Shown in pieces: positions 51,361-63,480 of a stretch of DNA of 64,000 nucleotides. The position numbers and the translations under genes were made by a program. Below the pieces are notes generated by a model. That model did not search any database, had not been told where the DNA came from, and was given only the letters and a program-made list of their open reading frames with translations. Each line of letters begins with the position of its first letter. Within the stretch, counting starts at the first letter, position 1. Source of the stretch: Camelus dromedarius (Eukaryota); contig NC_087437.1 of NCBI RefSeq assembly GCF_036321535.1, forward strand, positions 51,090,001 to 51,154,000, read 5' to 3'.

Positions 51361-51511
51361 GTAGGGTAAGGCCTGTGCTGCCGGCTCCCTAACCAGGCGC
51401 CTGGTGCGTGGATGTTCAGCATGAGGAAGTGACACCAGACTTCTGGTGAAGTAGGTGTGTGGTTTCCTTCTGCCGGTAAACCCTGGCTCTGTTCTCTGGG
51501 CACCTGCCTTC

Positions 51512-51805
51512 CCACGTCAGAGCCCTTGGGCAAGAAAATTAACTACATGTGTAGAGGTTGCTTGTTGAACATGGAATTGAAGCAAAGGAAGCTATAGATA
51601 TACACAGTTTTTTGCTTTTATTCTCCTTTTTTCTCACTTTCCTTGGTAGAAGCGCCTTACCCTCATGATGCACATCACAATAAGCTTTCCCTGACGTCAT
51701 TATAGCTCCCAAGTTCCCTGCCTGGGCGTAGACCTGGCACGCACTGCTCTTACAGTACAGGAGAGGACTGTCCACCCGCCTCTGATGGAGCGCAGCCCCA
51801 CGTCA
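51512..51805. promoter_or_regulatory. Candidate intronic bZIP site cluster (UPRE-CRE-UPRE)
   Basis: CCACGTCA at 51512-51519, TGACGTCA at 51692-51699 and CCACGTCA at 51798-51805. Motif match only. Confidence 0.35.
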
Positions 51806-52246
51806 GCGTCTGCCTCCTGTGCAGCTGCCTGATGAAAGACACTGTTTGCTTTCACTTACAGGAGGTGAAAAATGGGGCAGTTTCCAAGTGTGTCTTCATC
51901 ACCTTTTGCAAATAGGGCCTCAGAGTCTGATTCTAGGCTTTCCAGTGTGTCCATCCCACTGTTAGAATTCATGGCAGATCCTGTGTTCTCACATGAAGGA
52001 GATTTGGGGGTAAGAACGGGGTTGTAATGGCATTTTTAACCATCACTCGGAAACATGGAGAAATGGGATAACAGATTCTTCCACTTGTTATCTTCTACAC
52101 AGAAGAATATTATGTTACATCTTCATGAATTTTGTCTAGAATGTTCGTAGATTTATTCTTCCAACCGGACATCTCCTTGGGTATCAGAGACGTGTGCTTG
52201 TTTTTATGTGGAAATAGGAATAAGTGACTTCCTTCTGCTCTTCCAG

Positions 52247-52321
52247 ATCGGGATCACCCTGCAGCCCGTGGCGCTTCACAAGGACGTGTATGCATCGGTG
52301 GTAGAGGACATGATTTTAAAG
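52247..52321 (+). CDS. YEATS2: YEATS2 exon (histone-fold region): IGITLQPVALHKDVYASVVEDMILK
   Basis: Acceptor ctcttccag|, donor AAG|gtgggt, 75 nt. Confidence 0.95.
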
Positions 52322-53031
52322 GTGGGTGCCTGCTGGCAGCAGAGGGACCGTGAGCTGCCGTCAGGGGCTGGAGCACTAGGGGCCAGCCGGGCAGGACAGT
52401 CTGGATCCCAGACTGCTGTGAGTAAGGGACAAGGGCAAATGGAACAGAGATGACAGGTTGTAAGATTTCTCATCTTATTGAGGCTTAAAGTTTTTTCTTT
52501 TTTTCCTTCTGATTTTTTTTTTAATTATTGCTACAAACAACTATATATAAAATAAACAAAGTTCTACTGTATAGCACAGGGAACTACATTGAATATCCTG
52601 ATTTTTAAATGAACTAAATTGTACGTTCCTCTGAGTGTCAAAGCATCTGCAAGATTTTCTGTGCTAATGTCACCTAACGATATTTTTTAATGACATTTCA
52701 AGTGCTTTTTAAGTAGCTGGAGGTGAGAGTCAGTGTTCTTAGTGCATTAGGAGGTGACAAAGCCTTGGGCTTTTGTCACATGTCACAACAGAGAAACAAC
52801 CACAAGTGTCTCATCTCCCTTGGTGAGAGGATGACAAGACCAGGTTCCTTAGCTGGCCGATCCCCTCCAGGAGCAGAGATGCCTCACAGATAACCCTCCC
52901 TTGTTCTCCTTAAAATAGAGTCTGATTAATGAAGATTAGCCCTGTTCCTGATTTCTCAGAATCATGGCCTCTGTCATTGTGGGCTGTTATTCGTGGTTAT
53001 TGGGACCTTTAATTTTCTTTTAAGGACTTTT

Positions 53032-53077
53032 TTTTTTAACATTTTTTATGGATTTATAATCATTTTACAGTGTTGTG
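53032..53077 (-). mobile_element. Ultra-short (~46 bp) young L1 3'-terminal insertion
   Basis: Perfect 16-bp TSD tcttttaaggactttt at 53016-53031 and 53078-53093. The body ends tttacagtgttgtg like the other young L1 tails. Confidence 0.82.
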
Positions 53078-53206
53078 TCTTTTAAGGACTTTTGATTGTT
53101 AGATATAGTTGTCTCTAAAGTTTAGGGGATAGGCTGGGATTGGCTGCATCCCTTCTTGCGAGCAGGCAGATGACCGTTTTAGGAATAACAGCATCCTCTC
53201 TTGTAG

Positions 53207-53280
53207 GCTACGGAGCAGCTGGTCAGCGACATCCTCAGACAGGCTTTGGCAGTTGGATACCAGGCAGCATCTCACAACAG
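53207..53280 (+). CDS. YEATS2: YEATS2 exon: ATEQLVSDILRQALAVGYQAASHN(R)
   Basis: Acceptor ctcttgtag|, donor CAG|gtacca, 74 nt. Confidence 0.95.
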
Positions 53281-53589
53281 GTACCATTATCTCTGTAGTT
53301 GGCAGTATCAGACCAACAGATATTTCCTAACAATTTAGTTGCCCATCAAGATGTTTCATATGTAAATCAAGGTAGTAGGACATGGAGGTGTCAGTATTTG
53401 GGACAGTCTCAGAGCCAGACAGACTCAGGGGTCTGCTTGGTCGTTCTGAGAGAATCTTTTGGTTGTGAGCATTCAGCTTTGCCCATAGGTCTGTGTCTTC
53501 CCTGTCTCTACTGCACAGACACAATTCAGTAGGACTCTGATATGTTACAGGGTTGAATAAATACCAGCTCTTTGCAATTGAAGATAGTA

Positions 53590-53795
53590 GCAGTGTCCAT
53601 TTCATGTTAAGCTCGGGGCCAGGCATCACATATATTACCTGATTTGTTTTTCATCGCAGAATTCTTACTCCCTTTTTAGAAATGGGAAGCCAAGCTTTGA
53701 AAGGTAATCTTGCCTGGCTTTCCCAGCAGTTTCATGATAGAATATAGATTTAAACTTGGGTCTCACTGCTCTAAAGCCTGCAGGCTCACCACTGC
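53590..53795 (-). mobile_element. MIR SINE
   Basis: ccctttttagaaatgggaagccaagctttgaaaggtaatcttgcc. Confidence 0.55.
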
Positions 53796-54730
53796 TCTTT
53801 GCAGCCTCTCTAACTGTCATTGATTGGGACACTGAATTTTGCTCTTTTCCTGGGCCCTAAAAGAATGATAGGCAGGCCTTTGTTCTGCATCCTGGCATTC
53901 CTTTCAAAGGAAACAAGCTTATTTTATTCCATTGTGCTTATAGGCTGTCATAAATGTATAAAATTGTAACAAAATACCTGGGGACCTGAAGAGACCTTAA
54001 TGAAAGGAATATTATGTCAGACTTCACAGGAATGTAACACATCAGGCAGTGAAGAGAGGTCTTTACAAAAAGAGGGGAACAAAGGAGTTCCAGTAATGCT
54101 GCTTATCATCCTGCTTGAAACCCAGGAGTGGGCCGAGTTCCTCTTTGGCACCTGCTCGCCTCCATGGTCCCGACCGTGGAGACACACAGTGACTTGAGTG
54201 CTTTTGATAAGAACATTTAACATCACACTTGCCCTGGCAGACCTCCATCTCCTGTCTTTCCAAGAGACAGGAAATGTGGTCCCTGAGCTCTCTGGTGCTT
54301 TGACTCAGTATTCAGTCGGCTAAGACTGAATTACAGCAACACCATTCTGCTCTGCTGTCCAACTTTACTTCCTCTTTTCTCAATCCTTAGAGCCTTTTTT
54401 TTTTTTTCATAATCATTCAGCCGACTTCTCAAAATCCATCTCGTACCTGTGAGTGGGAAGTCAGAGTTGACCCTAAATAGGGCTGACTGTGAAGAGGGTA
54501 GGCCACGTCTTCACCAGAGTCAAGGGAATTAATGGGAAAGAAGAGAGAGCTGGAGAGGGAGAATATGCACCTGGCCGCTCCCCACCCCGAGACTGGCCCT
54601 GAACCACGCCTTGCACTCATCGTTATCCGCTTCTATACGACCTGTGCACAGGATGGTCCATTTGATAAGTTAATTAAATTATTCAGATACTTGAGTGATT
54701 TAGTCCTAACATCTTTATTTTTTGGACCAG

Positions 54731-54839
54731 GATTCCCAAAGAAATTACAGTGAGTAATATTCACCAGGCCATTTGCAACATTCCTTTTCTGGACTTCCTC
54801 ACAAATAAACACATGGGGATACTGAATGAAGATCAGTGA
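54731..54839 (+). CDS. YEATS2: YEATS2 last coding exon: IPKEITVSNIHQAICNIPFLDFLTNKHMGILNEDQ*
   Basis: Branch-like cctaac, acceptor ggaccag|, TGA at 54837-54839. Confidence 0.96.
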
Positions 54840-56384
54840 CCGGAATGAAGATGCCCCTGGGAGAGCAGGGCTCAAAGCTGTATCCGAAACCATGAACTGT
54901 GATGACTTTTCTGTTTGGGGGAGGAGGTCATTTTCTGTGTGCCTCAGAATCTCATGGCTACGAAAACATTGCCTCCACCTAATGACACCAGAGTGTTTGG
55001 TCCCAGATCGAATCCCTTTAGGACAGAAGTTTGTTTCCTGATTCTGGAGTGAAGCCGTGAGTGGATGCGTGCTCTGTCAGCTTGCAGTTGTTCACTCTCT
55101 GCACAGGCTCCATCAGAGTCTGAGTGGGGTCAGGCCTTATTTATAGGCCTCTCTCCTCTGGCTGTCTTCCAAGGGGCACCTTGGGCCCAAGTCTCCCTCT
55201 AGGAGGCAGTAAATGAGTCTGGCAGGCTAGAGATTTTACCCATTCTGTGGGCTGAGGTCACAGGCACCCCAGCAGTTACTCTGGTAACACCTAGAGCAGG
55301 GTTGGGCTTCAGCACTTGGCAGTGGCCATGGTTGGGAGGGTCTGCACTCAGCACACATGAGTTGGCTCAGGAAACAGTGATGCTGCGTGGAAGACACAAA
55401 AGCCTGTGGGGAACTGCAAAATGAACAATTCTTTTTTCATGGAGCATAGGAGCATTACTACAATCAGGCTCAGAGCATTGTCAAGGGATCTACAGATCCC
55501 AGCGCAAGTCAGGTTTGACTACAACAAAGCTCTTAATATTAGTAACAGACAACACCCTCAAATCCCAGGCACTTGGCAGACTCACGCTAGCTTTTAGCGT
55601 GTGCCGGGCAGAGAGCTGGTTCCACACCATTTGTGTGGTCTTCAGGAGCTCCTGCTGCTGACTCTGTGGTGAGTGGCTGGTGGGGAGCCCCTGGGACAGT
55701 TTGTTCTGTCAGTGGACTTGGTGTCCTGTTCTTCTCTTCAAGTTTTTCCCAAGAAGAAAAGTGTTTTGGACAAACACTTGTGAGTGCCTTAAAGGTAGAG
55801 AAATGACTACCAAAGCCAAGAGAAGGGATGTGAGTGCTCGGAAGCGGTGAGAACAGATTGTGTCATAAGCAGAGCCCCTCTCAGTGAGAAGTGGATAGAA
55901 GGAAGGGTAGCAGTGCCCTGCGTGATGTTGTTTCATTAAGGATCCTCTACCCCAACCTTCCTGACATCATCTGTGTGGAGGTATTTATTCTGTTAGGAAT
56001 CTGCTCCAAGAAAATTTGAAGCCTGTGAGTCAGAGTCAAACTTATCCAAGCAACATAATTCATGTCTTCATGAGTCCTCTGGATGTCTGAGTCAGGAAAA
56101 GGCAGGGAAGCAACTACAAGAGACCTGCCCTTTTTATTCAGCATCTGAGGATTGCAGGTGCAGAAGGAAATCTCTTCAGTAAGGCATAGGGCATGCCCTG
56201 GATTAGGAAGAAAATAGTCTAGTAGTAAAGGGTCAGATATTCTCCAAACAAGGTTAATGGGTAAGTGTATAGATTCATTCAGCATGGATGGTGACTCAGA
56301 TCTACAGGGTAGAAGATTTGATCCAAACAACAACAGCTTCATTTATTACAGGTATGAAAGCCTCAAGAAATTATCTTTTTGCAA

Positions 56385-56520
56385 AATAAATAGTAAATGA
56401 TTTAACAGTCCCCATATGTCAATGTTTCAAATGTATTTGTATCATAACGTGTAATATAACTGTAACAAAAATATCTACAATAAATCTTTCAGTATTTGTG
56501 ATGGGTTTTCCTGAGTTTGG
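56385..56520 (+). terminator. YEATS2: YEATS2 polyadenylation region (AATAAA at 56385-56390 and 56479-56484)
   Basis: Two canonical hexamers, with several TGTA elements between them and a T/GT-rich stretch after the distal one. Confidence 0.75.
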
Positions 56521-58774
56521 AGCACTAAACTTTGGCAGGGTTTTTCTTACATTAGGTCAAAAAGAGCTGAGATGGGGCAAAGGTTAGCTGTTTGTGTATT
56601 TAAATGAATGCTTCCACTTCTTTCCAAAAAGAACTTGCAGCCACCTAAGATAAAGGGTTACAGTTACATGAAAATCTGAAGAAAAAAAAAATTGGAAGAT
56701 ACATATTGGCCCTGGACATAGTGATTTCTGACAGCTTGGGGCAAAGGAAAACTAACTGAGCTCAGACCCTCCTTGAAGCCAGGACAGAGGAGCATCTCCT
56801 TCTGTCTAACCAAGAAACACACTAGTTTGTCTGACAAGATAAAATGGGTCTGTGCTAAGGTCTGAAAGAAGTTACTCCTGTGACACAGTCCTGCTGTGAC
56901 CATCTGCTATCACAATGGCTAAAAAATTACAGACGGTGCAGAAACATTTCAGAAATGACCACTTTTTACATCCACCCTTACTAAGAACTAAAGGCTTTGA
57001 AAGCTTTGGTTCTTCAAAGGTAAGAAGTTCTGCGGGGAGGAAGCCCTGTGATACAATCCAAGTATGTAGCTTTCTTGGGACCAGACTTCATTTAGTGGCA
57101 ACCTTTAGAGAGTTGAATGGTCTGGAGGAAGAAGAGGGGCATTGTTTAGGTCCCCTTCCTGAATGTTATTTGTGTCAGCCACAGTTTTGACAAGAGCCAC
57201 AGGATGGACAGTTAAGGATAGTGTCACAGGCAGTAACTTAACTGGGGAATCCCTCTTACTGACTGAAGGAGCCTGTGTGCATGGGGCCAGTGGAGATGAC
57301 CCTGCTCAAAGGGTGAGGTCCCCCGCCTGCCCAGCGTGGGCTGCAGGGCCAGGGTTCTCTCAAAACTGCTTTTTAGCATTTGGCCTAAAATCCTGGAGTT
57401 ATCACAGGTATGAAAGTATTAATATTTGTAATTTTTTTTCCTGGGTTTGAGTCACCATAGAACAGAGAGAGACAGGACCTCAGTCTGACTGACCGCGGAG
57501 GAAAGGACCCAGGGGCTTCCCTCTGCCTGGGCCTTGTGGTGCCTCCTCACAGCTGACCGAGGCAGCCACTGGCAGTGCTAACTTTGGTTACAGAATAATT
57601 ATAATAATTATATTAAACTCTTTCTTTTGACTGAAATTAGCTAACAGATTAAGCTGCTTATTTTTAAAAACTTTAGAGTTAATACAAAAATGCTTATTAT
57701 ATAGAAACTTTAGCAAAAACTGTAAGGTGTAAAAAAATTTTTAAATTACTAATAATTCCCCAGGCTCAAAGGTAATCACTATTAACATTGCAGTGCATTT
57801 CTGTCTTTGTGTGTGTGTTGTGTATGACTTCGATAAGTTGTAACCACGTGGTTGAGGCTTTTACTTACCTCAGTTGCTTCTTTAGGCCACTCCAGTAACA
57901 CCATGGTAAGGCCTTATTAAGACCTGGAGTGAGTGGGAAGGTTTCTTCTTCAGAATCCAGATCTATTAATTAATGAAGTCTAGTAAGGAAGGTGGTTGGG
58001 GTGTTTGTGAAAAGCTGTCCATTCTGGTGCGTTCCAAAAAGGTTCTTGGGCACGCAGTATACCTTCCAGGAGGTCAAGCCTGTCGTGGGCAGTGGGTGCT
58101 GCCACCGCCGCTGCAGGGCCACGCTGCCAGGCCAGGGCAGCCTGCTCATCTCATCTGAGGTGCAGCAGAGCTGAGTGGTCTGGTCTGAGTGGTAAACGAA
58201 TGAGTGGGCCTCTGGGCAGCTTTGAGGAGGGAAGGGCACCTCTGGCTGTGTGGTATGACACAGGCAGGGGCTACTGAGAGGCCCAAAGCTGTAGATGAGA
58301 ACAAAGCCGGCTCCCAGGGGAAGGGGGCTTGGGCAGGAAAGAATTACAGCAGCTGTGCTTTACTGGCCATTTACTGTAGTCAGCACCCTGCACATAAACC
58401 ACAAATTCTCTTAGCAGGCTGGGGGGTATTACCCTCCCTTTGCAGATACGGAAACAGAAGCTTAAACTTCTGCCAGCTAGTGAGTGGAGAAGCCAAGATT
58501 TGAGCCCAAGACTAGCTTCAAGGACAGCCATTTCACCCTAGGCACCCCAGGGCCCGGCAGGGTACAGGTAAGTGTGAAAGAGGGGAGTTGGGGGGGGGTT
58601 CCGTGAAATCTACACAGGACAGCAGTGCAACTGCAGCCAATGTGAGAGTTCTCAGATCTGTGAGCCTCCAAGGGAAATAGCAGTAGCCATGACACATTAC
58701 AGTCCTGTTCCCAAGAGGAGGACAAAGGAAGACATGAGAAGGCACTCGGTTTGTAATTAATTTAAAGAAATAAC

Positions 58775-60201
58775 AAATTTAAACAGTACATGTTTGCATT
58801 TTAGTAAAAACTGAGATTGTACAGTTAATCTGTTTGCTTCTCACAGAATGCCCAGCAGGCCGCCTCTTTTCTCTTAGAAACATCTAACATGCAAACCCAT
58901 TGTCTGAAATAATAGAACCCTTTGTGTAAGCATATGGTTTTGCTTTTCCCTTTAAAATGATTCTCTCAGAGCATTTCCTTTGCTGGAATGAGGGGAAGGG
59001 CTGTGCCTGCCGGAGCTAGGAGCTAGCACCTCGGAGGGGACAGCCCCCTCACAGCCTGAGCTGGTTCTAAAACCCAAATGCCACCTCTTGTGGCTTAAGT
59101 AAATGTTCACCAGCCTAAGCCCCGTGTGGGCTGGAGGGAGATAAAGACCCAAAGGGGAGTCCTTGGAGTTTCCTTACCAAAAACTGTCCTAAGCTTGTGC
59201 CTCTCATCTCTAAAAAGGACAGAGAGTCTTTCAAATGTTTCGAGGGCTTCTGTGCAAAGAGGGGCCCAGGCTTTTTCCTGGTGGCTGCACCGGCTGGAAT
59301 TTACCGAGAAAGTCAGGAGAGGGCCTTCCAAAGACAAAATGAGCTGCCGCCTCAACAGGTAGTGAGCTCCCTGCAATGAGATGACATTTTAAGGTCTTTC
59401 AGGGAATCAGGCTCTTGTCACCTTTCCCCAAAAAAGCTCCCAGTTCTTGGCCAGTGTGTACAGTAGTTCCCTTCTAGTCATCAGCATGTTAAGGGAACAA
59501 AACTGGAGTTAGTAATATAATGTGGGGCTCAGAAACCCACCTCAAGGTAAATGTCATTCAGTACTTCACTCATCCCAAGAAATGTTTTGTTAAAACAAGG
59601 GTCATCTTGGCCATAAAGAACTTACATCTCTCAAACTGAAACCCTATGATTGACATACTGTTCTTTTGGGAAACATCCTGGTTACTCAGCATCATCATGA
59701 GTCAGATGCAGGTGATAACCTAAGATTTCTTCTACAACCTGAATGTGTGGGGCCGTTTGCGGGAATATCCAAGGACGTTACCTTGGGTCACCATAGGTTA
59801 TAAAATGATCATGCAGCCTGGGAAAACCACAAGGACGTTACTGGATCTTTCAGGGACCTCTTATGGCCATATTCCTTAGCCCCCAGGGACCAGTCTGGTT
59901 CACAGTAGAGTTGATCAAGTTCCTCAGATTTAAAAACAAGAGTGGCCAGAGGAGGCAATTAAAAAAGATCCGAAGCCTCCCGCACACGTCTTGAGGTGGA
60001 AGAGGGAGCTGGGGCCCAGAGTTGAGCGGGTTGGTTGCCGTGTCCCTTTGTGCCTCTGTTCTGCCCACACCTTAGGAGTGGGGTTCTGGGCTGAGAAAGG
60101 AGAACCCTTCCCACTCCTCTGACAGCAGGGAGCTGTCTGGTCCTGAGATCTCACCCCAGTCCCTGGACAGCAGTGGGTTCTGATCTCCTCTCGGTGGGCA
60201 G
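58775..60201 (-). other. MAP6D1: Putative MAP6D1 3' UTR; end inferred from a variant signal ACTAAA (58805-58800)
   Basis: Lies downstream of the stop codon. A TGTA precedes and a T-rich tract follows the variant hexamer on the - strand. The end position is uncertain. Confidence 0.45.
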
Positions 60202-60321
<120 letters not shown>

Positions 60322-60733
60322 CTACTTCCACCGCCCCCCCATCGTCTTTGCCCCAAGAGTTGGGACTGCTGCCCTGAAGGGTCCGAGGGGGGAGCATCCA
60401 CGACGGGCAGAGTCACTGCATTACGTCAGGGCTCATGGAACTTCTGTTCTGCTCCCTGAGCCTTTGGGTAGAACCAGGAAGCTGAACGGCTCCCACCTCC
60501 CATCTCCTCTCCTCTCCTCTCTCTCACACAAATGCCAGGGATTTGGAAGGCCCATCACTAGTGCTCGGTGGTGAAGGGTAAGATTGGGGTTTAGGAGGGG
60601 AAAAGACATCTTGCTCCCCAGTTCATCCAGCACTAGGGGGACACACACCTGGCTAATGACAAAGCACCTTAGTTTTCTGTTTGTGAGGGACAGCCAGGCT
60701 TTCCGACACCACTGTCCCTACCATGCCATCCTA

Positions 60734-60979
<246 letters not shown>

Positions 60980-62678
60980 TCACAACCTTGCACAGGGTTG
61001 GCCATCCCTTCCCCTGACCCCTCGGGATGCAGTCCCTGCCCTGTGCTTCTGGGACTGTTCCTGCCTGGCCAGTGGTCACTGCTGAGAGCCTCCTTCCTCC
61101 CCTTACAAGGGCAGAAGTGGCAGAGGAAGTGCACTCCCCAGACAGACCCCACTCCCAGTAACACAGGTCTGTAACTGACCCGCCAAGAGCCCCACCGTGA
61201 GGTCCCTCACCCTGACCCCACAGGAAGTAGGAGTGGAAACTTTCTCCCGAGGAGCAACGGGCACAGGCTGAGCAGTGAGTGAGTAGAGAGCTGTCAGCAA
61301 CCAGATCTTACTCATGCCGAACTGCAAGCACCTGGCGTGTGCTAGGCCTCAGAGACAGCACATTCCAGTGCTGGCTGTGGTCTCCAGGCCACTTCAAGGG
61401 GCCCTAGAGGGCCAAGACCAGTGAAGGTCGCTTGCCTCCAGCCCACTTCACTGGTGGCTCTTATATCCAGAGGAGGTGCCGGCCTGGATGGTGCACAGCA
61501 CAGTCCTCCATACCCGGTGACGACCGAGGAGGAAAAATGGGGCTCAGTGTTATGTTTACTTTTTAATAATTTGTCTTATTAACTCCTGCAAAAGACTAAA
61601 CTGTAGTGATCATCTCAAGAAATCTACAAGATGGCCCTCTGTGTGCTCTTTTGATGAAGACTTAATAACTAAACAAAGAAGGCCTATTTTAATTGTCAAC
61701 TCCCCTACTAAACAGTGAGTTCAGGAAGGCAGAGACCTCCTGTGCCCATAGGAGCCCCTGGCCAAGGCGCTGTTCTGTGGAAAAGTGTCCGGCTGGCCAG
61801 AGGCAGCACCCGCGTGTGGGCTGGGTCCGTGCCTGTTTCATCCCATCCACCCTTGAGGTCAACAAAGCTGCCTTTTTTCCTTGGCAGCAGCCCAGCTGGG
61901 CACCACTGGGCAGGCCACGTGTGCAGAGAACAGCTGTGTCTGTCCGTGGACAGCACTCGGGTGCCCGGAGGCGAACTGGGCCAGAGCCCTATCAGATAAT
62001 TTTTGCTTCTGAAGCTGCAAGATTTCAAAGACCAGCTGCCCGAGCCATCTGCTGCTCTGTTTCTCCTGGGGAGGCCAGTCCTCCCCTGGGCCTGCCCTTC
62101 TGTTCCCAAACTGAGCAGAGCCTTAGGCCTGGCAGCCCAAGCCTACTGCCCAGGGTGGCTGCAAGGGTCCCAGAGTAGGAAGCGACCAGGGCTGGGGGCT
62201 CCAGCAGAGCCTGTGGCTGCTCCTGGGGCGAGGCTGCTGCTGGAGCCCAGGTGAGAGCAGGGCCTGCAGTGAGAATGAAGAAGGGACACTGAAGATAGAA
62301 TTGGCATGGCCTGGTGACCACCCAGAAGATGAGGATTGGCTCTGGCTGAGGAGAGCCAATAAAATAAAAGTACAGGACTAGCTGGGTCCACTGTGCCTCC
62401 CCTCACCAAGCAGATTCCACCATCATCCACCTCGTGTGAGCCTCAGCTGGACGCTGAGCCCAGACTGAGGATCCCAAAGCCTGGGTTCTCAGCCCAGCAC
62501 AGCCTCAATTAAATCCCTTAACTTCTCTGGGCATCCAGTTGGGCACTTAGAAAAGTGGGAGTCAGGTCTGGCACTTTGCCTGTTAGTTCTTTATCTCACC
62601 CATCCAGCAAGGAAAGAGATGACTGAGGAAGGAGCTCTTCCAGAAGTGAGTGGAGCTGGAACCTGGGCCAGGGGTGCT

Positions 62679-62700
62679 CACACACACACACACACACACA
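62679..62700 (+). repeat. (CA)11 microsatellite in MAP6D1 intron 1
   Basis: Seen directly. Confidence 0.95.
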
Positions 62701-63274
62701 GAATTCTGGAGGGGAGGCTCTGGAGGACCTGGTCAGGAGGAATGACCCAGGCTGGCAGTGGGCGGATCCACTGCCCATCTGGCCAAGCAAGTGAGGCAAG
62801 TCAGTTCTCACCTGGAGACCAGGGGTCTGGTGAGGACCTGCTGGGGTGGAGAGGAGTAGCCACAAGTACTGCTATTTTTGGGTTCTTTGGATTTGTTCAT
62901 TGTCTTTGCTTTGTGAATTTCTTAAATAAACAGTTTGCTTAGGTATTGTGCATCTTGCAGGAAGGCAGATGGGATGGAGTTGCTCATGCCAGTAGTAGAG
63001 CTGGGGGGTGGAGGGTCCCAGAGGTCAACTGGTGTGGTGCTGGGGGAGCCAAGTTCAGCAGTGGTCCTGCGTCTCTGCCAGGTGACCCATCTGCTTTACA
63101 GATGAGGAAAGGGTCAGAGGGGCCAAGTGACCCACCAGGTTTATACATCAGGAACTAAGAGCCCCACTGAGTTGCAACTCTTATTAGTACTTTTCCACCA
63201 CTGCAGGACACAGGTCAAGAAGCTACCTGATTCAGAGGAGGCAGCAACTTAGGGAGTGATAACCTGTTGGGGGC

Positions 63275-63480
63275 ACAAACTTGGTCTCTGAGGCAAGACA
63301 TACTTGGGTTCCACTCTGCTTTGCATGACCCTGTGCCAGCTGCTCAAGTTCCTCACCCATAGAATGGGAACAGCAAGAACTGAACTGATTCCAGAGGGTT
63401 GTTGTAAAGTCTTGGGGAGATGATCCTTGGGAAGTCCTAAGCCTGGTGCCTGGTGCATGCTAAGCAGAGAGTAATAACTA
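63275..63480 (+). mobile_element. MIR SINE in MAP6D1 intron 1
   Basis: ttcctcacccatagaatggg...agagggttgttgtaaag...gtgcctggtgcatg. Confidence 0.6.

Noticed and set aside
61693..62178. 161-aa and 133-aa overlapping ORFs
   Set aside because: They lie in GC-rich MAP6D1 intron 1, where stops are scarce. No domain-like features were seen.
62015..62368. Plus-strand exon-like segment (gaag|...CAG|gtgaga) with downstream AATAAA, overlapping ORF 62003..62254
   Set aside because: No recognisable protein and no partner exons. Such motifs are expected by chance in a GC-rich MAP6D1 intron, so it would need transcript evidence.
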